DNA of 64,000 nt from an uncultured Candidatus Saccharibacteria bacterium. GTDB taxonomy: Bacteria; Patescibacteriota; Minisyncoccia; UBA6257; UBA9933. The stretch covers positions 2,040 to 66,039 of the forward strand of contig CAZXNT010000004.1 in NCBI GenBank assembly GCA_964642155.1, read 5' to 3'. Made by a program: the position numbers and the translations under genes. The notes beneath the pieces are model-generated. The model did no database searches. It worked only from the letters and a program-made list of their open reading frames with translations, and had not been told where the DNA came from. The first letter of the stretch is position 1; every line of letters begins with the position of its first letter. Of the stretch, positions 57,299-64,000 are shown one piece after another.

Positions 57299-58339
57299 AT
57301 GGAAGAAAATAATCAATCTCACTTGTCCGCCGAAGCTTTAGCGAAGGCGGGAAATCAAGATTCGTCCCATGACGAGCCGCCTTTTATGCTGCCGTTGACT
57401 GATACGGAAAAATACCATCAACTTGCTCCGCAAATTCAACCGCAGCCGCAGCCAGAACCGCAACCACAACCGCAAATAAATATAAATGATAAAAAATCGT
57501 TTGTTAACAACGCGATTTTTCATATTGAAATAGAAAAAATAAAACCCAATCCTTTCCAACCGCGCAAAACATTTGACGAAGAATCATTAAAAGAACTGGC
57601 AACGTCAATCAGGGAATTCGGCGTTATTCAGCCGATAGTCATCACAAAAATAGAACATGAAATTGAAAATGGAACGCAAGTTGAATATCAGCTTATTGCC
57701 GGAGAAAGGAGATTAATGGCGTCAAAATTAATCGGCCTTGAACGTATACCGGCGATTATTAAAAGAATTGCGCAAGGCGATGGAGCTGTGCAAATGGAAA
57801 TGGCGATTGTGGAGAATCTTCAACGCTCCAGCCTTAATCCCATTGAAACAGCCAGAGCTTATGCCAAACTCCAAGACCAATTCGGATTAACTCAAAGAGA
57901 AATCGCCGCTAAACTTGGTAAAAGCCGCGAAACAATCGCCAACGCGGTCCGGCTTTTGAATTTACCGACGGAAATCCAAGACGCGCTGGCAGACGAAAAA
58001 ATAAACGAAAGCCAAGGAAGATTGCTTTTAACTGTTGATGATTTGGCTCAACAAATTGCGGCCTTCCGGGACTTATTGTCCAATAATTTAAGCGTTCGGG
58101 AATTAAAGAATAAAATTAGGAGAATAACGACTCCAATTGAAGAAAAAACGGAATTATTCGCTGAAAACGCCGCTGTTGACCCGGAAATAAACGATATGCA
58201 GGAAAAATTAATGGAACTTCTCGGCGCTCCGGTAAAAATAGATCCGCCAGTCGGCGGATCCGGCAAAGGAAAAATCGTCATTCAATTCTTTTCTTCTGAA
58301 GAAATTAAAGGAATAATTAATAAGCTGACAAACCAATAA
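57299..58339 (+). CDS. parB: ParB/Spo0J partition protein
   Basis: PNPFQPRKTF, LIAGERR, ENLQR motifs and HTH. Confidence 0.93.
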   Translation: MEENNQSHLSAEALAKAGNQDSSHDEPPFMLPLTDTEKYHQLAPQIQPQPQPEPQPQPQININDKKSFVNNAIFHIEIEKIKPNPFQPRKTFDEESLKELATSIREFGVIQPIVITKIEHEIENGTQVEYQLIAGERRLMASKLIGLERIPAIIKRIAQGDGAVQMEMAIVENLQRSSLNPIETARAYAKLQDQFGLTQREIAAKLGKSRETIANAVRLLNLPTEIQDALADEKINESQGRLLLTVDDLAQQIAAFRDLLSNNLSVRELKNKIRRITTPIEEKTELFAENAAVDPEINDMQEKLMELLGAPVKIDPPVGGSGKGKIVIQFFSSEEIKGIINKLTNQ

Positions 58340-58357
58340 GCTTAAAAGCTGAAAAGT

Positions 58358-60067
58358 TTAAATAATTTTATAGCCGATTTCTTTAATCTCTTTTATCTTT
58401 TTCAATTTTAAAATCAGTTTCTCCGCTTTTTCTTTATTTATTTCGCAATGAATTTTAATTATTGACTGCCCTCTAATGTCGGTAGTGTTGATATTTTGAA
58501 TATTTATATGGCTTCTGGATATTATTGATGAAATATTTTTTATTAAACCTATTTTATCTTCCGCGGTTATTTTGAATTCAACGACATCGGGTTTTTTCTG
58601 CATAAAACTCGGCGTGTTTTTTAACGCCGCTTTAATCCTTTTTTTCGCCATTGGCGTCTTGGCAAATTCAAGCCACGATTGCGATGGCTTCTTGCTTTTT
58701 TGCGTTAAAATTTCAATTAAATCTCCCGATTGTAATTGGTAATCAAGGGGCGCTATCTTGCCGTTGATTCTAACTCCAACGCATTGATTGCCTATGTCGG
58801 TATGAATTACATAAGCAAAATCAACGGGCGTGGCTCCGGCTGGCAAATCAATCACTTCACCTTTTGGGGTAATGGCAAAAATTCTGTCCTTAAGAAAATC
58901 AATTTTTAATGATTGCAAAAATTCTTCCGAGCCTGCTGTTTCTTTTTGCCATTCTTTCAGCTGGTTAATCCAAAACAGTTCTTTTTTCTCGGCGAATATC
59001 GCTTTATTTTTTTGATAGGCTTTACTTCCTTTTGACTGAGCGTAAGCCCAATAAGCGGCAATGCCGTTTTCCGCTTGTTCATGCATTTCAGATGTTCTTA
59101 TTTGAAATTCTGTTGGTCTGTTATTAACGCAAAAAACCGTAGTATGAAGAGAGCGATAGCCGTTCGGTTTCGGCATAGCGATGTAATCCTTGATTTTTCC
59201 GGGCATCGGCGGCCAAAGCTGGTGAATAATGCCTAAAACCGCATAACAATCTTCAACTGTTTTTAAAATAATTCTTAAAGCCATTAAATCGTAAATTTGT
59301 TCTAAATTCATATTCGTTCGGAATAATTTTTTATACAAACTGCTGTATTTTTTGGCGCGAAAATCTATTTTAATGGGCTCAATTTTATGTTTTTCAAGCG
59401 TTTGCTCAATAATTATTTTTACTTTTTCCAGATATTTTTGGCGTTCTTCATAGCGTTCTTTAATATTTTCCAAAAGCCATTTATGTTCTTGCGGATGAAG
59501 ATAGGGGAAAGCTAAATCTTCCAGCTCACCTGCTAAATTTGCCATTCCTAAACGATAGGCGATTGGCGCGTAAATTTCCGAAGTTTCCAAGGCGATTCGT
59601 TTTTGTTTTTGCGGCGGTAAAACAGAAAGCGTTTTTATATTATGCAATCTGTCCGCCAGTTTAATAAATATAACTCGTAAATCCTGACTTAAAGCCAAAA
59701 TCATTTTACGGATATTTTCTGACTGTAAATTAGTTTCATTGTCATCTTGCTGGCGATATTTTATGCGTCCGAGTTTTGTAACGCCATCCACTAAAAAGGC
59801 GATATCTTCTCCAAATTGTTTTTTGATTTCTTCAAGTGAAATTTTTGTATCTTCAACAACGTCATGAAGCAAACCAGCGGCAATTGTCGTCGCATCCATT
59901 TGCCATTCGGATAATTTAAGGGCGGTTTGATAACAATGAGTGAAATAAACTTCTCCAGATCTTCTTTTTTGTCCTTGATGCGCCGCCTTGGCAAAATCAA
60001 AAGCGCGCCTAATAAGTTGCGCTTCTTCTGGCGTAAAAGATTTTTTTATTAAATCCTTGACATCCAT
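58358..60067 (-). CDS. rel: RelA/SpoT (p)ppGpp synthetase/hydrolase (HD, SYNTH, TGS, ACT)
   Basis: LHDVVED, KLADRLHN, KPNGYRSLHT, EFQIRT and TPVDFAY motifs. Confidence 0.93.
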   Translation of the reverse strand: MDVKDLIKKSFTPEEAQLIRRAFDFAKAAHQGQKRRSGEVYFTHCYQTALKLSEWQMDATTIAAGLLHDVVEDTKISLEEIKKQFGEDIAFLVDGVTKLGRIKYRQQDDNETNLQSENIRKMILALSQDLRVIFIKLADRLHNIKTLSVLPPQKQKRIALETSEIYAPIAYRLGMANLAGELEDLAFPYLHPQEHKWLLENIKERYEERQKYLEKVKIIIEQTLEKHKIEPIKIDFRAKKYSSLYKKLFRTNMNLEQIYDLMALRIILKTVEDCYAVLGIIHQLWPPMPGKIKDYIAMPKPNGYRSLHTTVFCVNNRPTEFQIRTSEMHEQAENGIAAYWAYAQSKGSKAYQKNKAIFAEKKELFWINQLKEWQKETAGSEEFLQSLKIDFLKDRIFAITPKGEVIDLPAGATPVDFAYVIHTDIGNQCVGVRINGKIAPLDYQLQSGDLIEILTQKSKKPSQSWLEFAKTPMAKKRIKAALKNTPSFMQKKPDVVEFKITAEDKIGLIKNISSIISRSHINIQNINTTDIRGQSIIKIHCEINKEKAEKLILKLKKIKEIKEIGYKII

Positions 60068-60125
60068 AATGATTATAGTTTAACATATTTACAGAACTTA
60101 TCAATAAATTTATATGGAGGTGTTT

Positions 60126-60296
60126 ATGTCTAAAGTACAAGACTTTAGTGGTGAAACATGTGAAAATAACGCCGTAGATTATATTTGCACTGAATGTAAA
60201 TATATTCTTAAAAACGGCGAATTAATGGCAAGAGAGATATGCCCTGAATGTAAAGCCATTAATCCCTTTATTATTTTTAATAAATGGCATCATTAA
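60126..60296 (+). CDS. Small zinc-ribbon protein
   Basis: CTEC...CPEC; GGAGGTGTTTATG RBS and start. Confidence 0.55.
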   Translation: MSKVQDFSGETCENNAVDYICTECKYILKNGELMAREICPECKAINPFIIFNKWHH

Positions 60297-60397
60297 CTAA
60301 TACAGGGTGTAGCGTCAAGGTGACGCATTGCGCAATAACGCAAATAAGCGCCGGCTTCCGAACGGCCGCCATAACTAAAATTTTAAAGGAGGTGTTT

Positions 60398-60706
60398 ATG
60401 ACAGAAAAAGGATTATGTCATAGCAGATTAGAAGAAAAAAATTTTCCCTTTGATAATTTTCTTGACCCTATTCGGCATACGGATAAAAATTATATATCCA
60501 AAAAGCCGTATTTTCCATTAGCAATAGAAAGTAATGATTACAAATGTAAGGGGTGTGACAATATAATTGTCGCCGACCCGCGCGATTTACCTCACCATTG
60601 CTCCGAATGTGGAGCAGAATATTCATATATGTTAGTCCCAGCTTCTAATGAGAGCACAGAGGATATTATTAATATTGACGGCGATTTATATGCCGGCGAA
60701 AATTAA
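60398..60706 (+). CDS. Zinc-ribbon protein
   Basis: CKGC...CSEC; same GGAGGTGTTTATG RBS and start at 60398. Confidence 0.55.
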   Translation: MTEKGLCHSRLEEKNFPFDNFLDPIRHTDKNYISKKPYFPLAIESNDYKCKGCDNIIVADPRDLPHHCSECGAEYSYMLVPASNESTEDIINIDGDLYAGEN

Positions 60707-60725
60707 ATTAAGTTATCCAATTATG

Positions 60726-60760
60726 AAAGTCCCATGCAACGGTATGGGGCTTTTTTATTT
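60726..60760. terminator. Terminator between convergent genes
   Basis: AAAGTCCCATGC-AACG-GTATGGGGCTTTTTT. Confidence 0.6.
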
Positions 60761-63010
60761 TTTAAGCGGATTATAATTCTTACAATTTTTATTAGAGCAA
60801 CGTTCCGGTATGGTTTTAGTTCCTTGCATCATTAATCCCGCGCAAGCGGAACAAATATTGCCGGTTGGCCGTGATTTCATAATAAATTTACAGTTCGGAT
60901 AATTGGAGCAGGAATAAAAAGGCCCAAATCTGCCGCGGCGTTCTACAACTTCGCCCGCCATAGCTTTAGCGGAGGCGGGTAAGCCCTTCTCACATTCCGG
61001 GCATTTAACGCCGGTTTTTCGGCGATTTTCTTCTTCAGCGCTGGTTTTTATAAATTTACATTTCGGATAATTAGAACAAGCCACAAATTTGCCAAATCTG
61101 CCTTCGCGCTCTATAAGTTTTCCCGCCTTCGCTAAAGCTTCGGCGGGCAAGCCTTCTTTACATCTCGGGCAAATTTCGCCTGTTTCTTTCGGCTCTTCCA
61201 TTATTGAACCGTCAATTTTGCGCGCGCCGGAACATTCCGGAAATTTCGCGCAGCTTAAAAATTTTCCGTTGCGCGACAATTTTATAACCATTGAGCCCTT
61301 GCAAACAGGACATTTGTATTTTTTATCCGCTTCGCCAAGATTAGTCAGTTTTTCAGTTGTTTTATCTTTTAATTTTACTTCTTTTGAAAACGGTTTGTAA
61401 AAATCGCCGAGCATTTTTTCATATTTTCTTTTTCCTTCGGCTATTTCATCAAGTTCGTTTTCCATTTCTGCGGTGAAAGAATCGCTGATGTATTTGGCAA
61501 AATTTTTTTCAAGAAAAGAACTGACAACATCTCCTGTATCAGTGGGGTGTAAAGTTTTTCCTTCTTTTGAAACATAACCTCGTTCTTGAATTGTTCTGAT
61601 AATTGTCGCATAAGTACTGGGTCTGCCAATTTCCCGTTTTTCAAGCTCTTTAATCAACCCCGCCTCAGTATATCTTGATGGCGGTTCGGTTTGTTTACCT
61701 TCGCTTTCAATGTTAATAAGTTTTAATTTTTCATCTTTATTGATTTTCGGTAATTCCACATCTTCACCTCGCGCCGCGGGGTCAGCCGCTAACCAACCGT
61801 TAAAAAGCACGATACTGCCGGTTGTTGAAAAATTCGGAATCGTTTCTAATTCCTGAATAATATTTGCCGATATTTTTGTTCTTAAAATCTTTGCGTCCGC
61901 CATTTGAGAAGCAATTGTTCTCTGCCAAATAAGCTGATAGAGTTTTTTTTGTTCATCTGCCGCGCCCGCTGATTTTTGGCTGAAATTAGTCGGCCTTATC
62001 GCTTCATGGGCCTCCTGAGCTGTTTTGCTTTTGGAAAAATAAGTCCGCGGTTCAACGTACTCTTTGCCGTATTGTTTTTCTATTGTCGCGTAAATTTGTG
62101 GCAAAGCTTCTTTGCTGACATTTACGCTGTCAGTTCTCATATAAGTGATTAGCCCTTGTTCGTATAATTTTTGCGCAATGGACATTGTGCGCGAAGGGGA
62201 ATAACCCAACCGCGAGCTGGCTGTCTGTTGAAGCGTTGAAGTGATAAACGGCGGCCGTGGCGAACGTTTAATTTCAGTTTGGCTTATATTTGTTATTTTC
62301 CACAAATTTTTTTTACCTGTTTCAATGATGCGTTTGGTCTCTTTTTCGTTTTTCGGCTGTTCGTCGCAAATCAAAATAATTTTATCATTTTTTTCTGTTT
62401 CAAATTCACCGCTTATTACCCAATAATTCTCGGGAATAAAAGCGCGAATTTCACGTTCACGCTCCATTATAATGCGCAAAGCGGGGGATTGAACCCTGCC
62501 CGCCGACAATCCGTAACGGACTTTTTTCCATATCAGACCGCTTAAATCGTATCCGACTAATCTGTCTAAAACTCGCCGCGCTTCCTGCGCTCTTACCAGA
62601 TTCATATCAATGTCGCGCGGATGTTTCATCGCTTCTTCTATGGCTGATTTGGTGATTTCATGAAAAACAACGCGCTGAAATTTAGGATTTAGAATTTTGG
62701 ATTTAGGATTTCCGAAGCCCAAAGCTTCTGTAATGTGCCAGGCGATAGCTTCTCCTTCGCGGTCCGGATCGGTGGCTAATATAATCTCTTTGGCTTTTTG
62801 GGCAAGATTTTTTATTTCAGAAATAATCTTTTCCTTTCCGGGTAAAATTTCATAATGTGGCGTAAAACCGGCCGGAATATCAATGGCTTTTTTATTATTT
62901 TTCGGTAAATCACGAATATGCCCCACGCTGGCGCAAACGACATAATCACCTTCAAGATATTTGGAAATTGTTTTTGTTTTTGTCGGAGACTCTACAATAA
63001 TTAGGTTCAT
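60755..63010 (-). CDS. topA: DNA topoisomerase I
   Basis: IVESPTK, ATDPDREGE, SAGRVQ, ITYMRTD motifs and C-terminal Zn ribbons. Confidence 0.97.
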   Translation of the reverse strand: MNLIIVESPTKTKTISKYLEGDYVVCASVGHIRDLPKNNKKAIDIPAGFTPHYEILPGKEKIISEIKNLAQKAKEIILATDPDREGEAIAWHITEALGFGNPKSKILNPKFQRVVFHEITKSAIEEAMKHPRDIDMNLVRAQEARRVLDRLVGYDLSGLIWKKVRYGLSAGRVQSPALRIIMEREREIRAFIPENYWVISGEFETEKNDKIILICDEQPKNEKETKRIIETGKKNLWKITNISQTEIKRSPRPPFITSTLQQTASSRLGYSPSRTMSIAQKLYEQGLITYMRTDSVNVSKEALPQIYATIEKQYGKEYVEPRTYFSKSKTAQEAHEAIRPTNFSQKSAGAADEQKKLYQLIWQRTIASQMADAKILRTKISANIIQELETIPNFSTTGSIVLFNGWLAADPAARGEDVELPKINKDEKLKLINIESEGKQTEPPSRYTEAGLIKELEKREIGRPSTYATIIRTIQERGYVSKEGKTLHPTDTGDVVSSFLEKNFAKYISDSFTAEMENELDEIAEGKRKYEKMLGDFYKPFSKEVKLKDKTTEKLTNLGEADKKYKCPVCKGSMVIKLSRNGKFLSCAKFPECSGARKIDGSIMEEPKETGEICPRCKEGLPAEALAKAGKLIEREGRFGKFVACSNYPKCKFIKTSAEEENRRKTGVKCPECEKGLPASAKAMAGEVVERRGRFGPFYSCSNYPNCKFIMKSRPTGNICSACAGLMMQGTKTIPERCSNKNCKNYNPLKK

Positions 63011-63894
63011 AGTGTATATCCGTTTCCCGTTTCTTTTATTATTCCATCAATTATTAAAAAGGCAACGGATTGATTGGCGATATGCGGTTCAAGTTTAGTT
63101 ATTTTTATAATTTCGTCAATGGTAAGCGCCTCACCGGTTTCTTGAATCGCTTTAATAATCAATAATTGATTTTTATCGGTAATATTTTTTAATTTTAAAT
63201 TGTCATTTTTATTTTTGATTTTTAAATTTTGATTTAAATTGAGATCTTCAAAAATGTCTTCTATTGATGCGACCAACCGCGCCCCGTCTCTCATTAATTG
63301 ATGCGAACCGCGATAATTTGGATTATCAATAGAACCGGGAACAACAAGAACTTCCCGGCCTTGTTCGGCTGCCAATCGCGCGGTAACAAGCGAACCGGAA
63401 CGTTCCGGAGCTTCAATAACAATAGTGGCGATACTTAAACCACTCACAATGCGATTACGTTCAAGAAAATTGCCTTTAAACGCTTCTGTCCCCGCGGGAT
63501 ATTCCGAAATAATCGCGCCGCCGAGTTCTATAATTTTTTTCGCCAAATTTTCATTTTGCGCCGGATAAATCTTATCCAATCCGTTCGCTAAAACAGCAAT
63601 TGTTTTTCCGCCGGCTAAAACCGCGCCTTCGTGAGCCGCCGTATCAATCCCCATAGCAAGGCCGCTTACTACAATAACTCCCAATTCCGTTAATTTCCGT
63701 GCCAATTCTTTGGCAAACCTGCGGCCCGCGGCGCCGGCTTTTCGCGTGCCAACAATGGCGATTTTGGAAATTTCATCATTCGGTAATTCTCCCATTAAAT
63801 AAAACATTTTTGGCGCTCCGGAAATCTCTTTAAGCAAAGAAGGGTATTCGGCATCCGTGATTTTCACAGTGTTGATTTTAAGATTTTTTTGCAT
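63007..63894 (-). CDS. dprA: DNA-processing protein DprA
   Basis: AIVGTR, VSGLAMGID, RNRIVSGLS and SGSLVTA motifs. Confidence 0.95.
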   Translation of the reverse strand: MQKNLKINTVKITDAEYPSLLKEISGAPKMFYLMGELPNDEISKIAIVGTRKAGAAGRRFAKELARKLTELGVIVVSGLAMGIDTAAHEGAVLAGGKTIAVLANGLDKIYPAQNENLAKKIIELGGAIISEYPAGTEAFKGNFLERNRIVSGLSIATIVIEAPERSGSLVTARLAAEQGREVLVVPGSIDNPNYRGSHQLMRDGARLVASIEDIFEDLNLNQNLKIKNKNDNLKLKNITDKNQLLIIKAIQETGEALTIDEIIKITKLEPHIANQSVAFLIIDGIIKETGNGYTL

Positions 63895-64000
63895 TATTAT
63901 AATTATATGAAAAAACAGTTAATTTTAACAGCGGGCTTGGGAGCGCTGATAATTTTAATTTTAGGCGCGGTTCTAATTATATTAAGAGCGGATATTTTAA

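Noticed and set aside
57426-57476. QP repeat in the ParB N-terminus as a mobile repeat
   Set aside because: Ordinary low-complexity linker (CARCCG hexamers) with no hairpin and no other copies.

Overview
AT-rich bacterial chromosome segment read in genetic code 11. Gene content and style point to Patescibacteria/CPR (Parcubacteria-like); this is inference. Core genes include ftsW-murG, efp, infB, rplU, recR-dnaB-cysS, grpE-dnaK-dnaJ, parB, rel, topA and dprA, with 10 intact tRNAs interspersed among accessory blocks. Five patterns are not explained by the ORF track. (1) At four loci (Ser-TGA, Cys-GCA, Leu-CAA, Lys-TTT) an intact tRNA sits inside the broken 5' and 3' halves of an older tRNA of the same type ('Russian-doll' tRNAs); remnants also flank tRNA-fMet and tRNA-Ala. 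At the Cys locus the insert carries a stand-alone GIY-YIG nuclease. (2) A dispersed family of short hairpins, many with a CYTGCC tail, interrupts tRNA loops and sits in-frame in proteins such as ParB, TopA, GH57 and a thioredoxin. (3) A large serine recombinase element at tRNA-Leu(TAA) consists of two adjacent modules, each bounded by its own long inverted repeat and joined at a GCAC(CA) core. (4) An accessory block at 9.7-18.9 kb is punctuated by two palindromic repeat families that each bracket an ArsR gene. (5) A SNF2 helicase-methyltransferase fusion is split by two single-base shifts in A-runs. All coordinates were read by eye and may be off by a few bases; no database searches were run.
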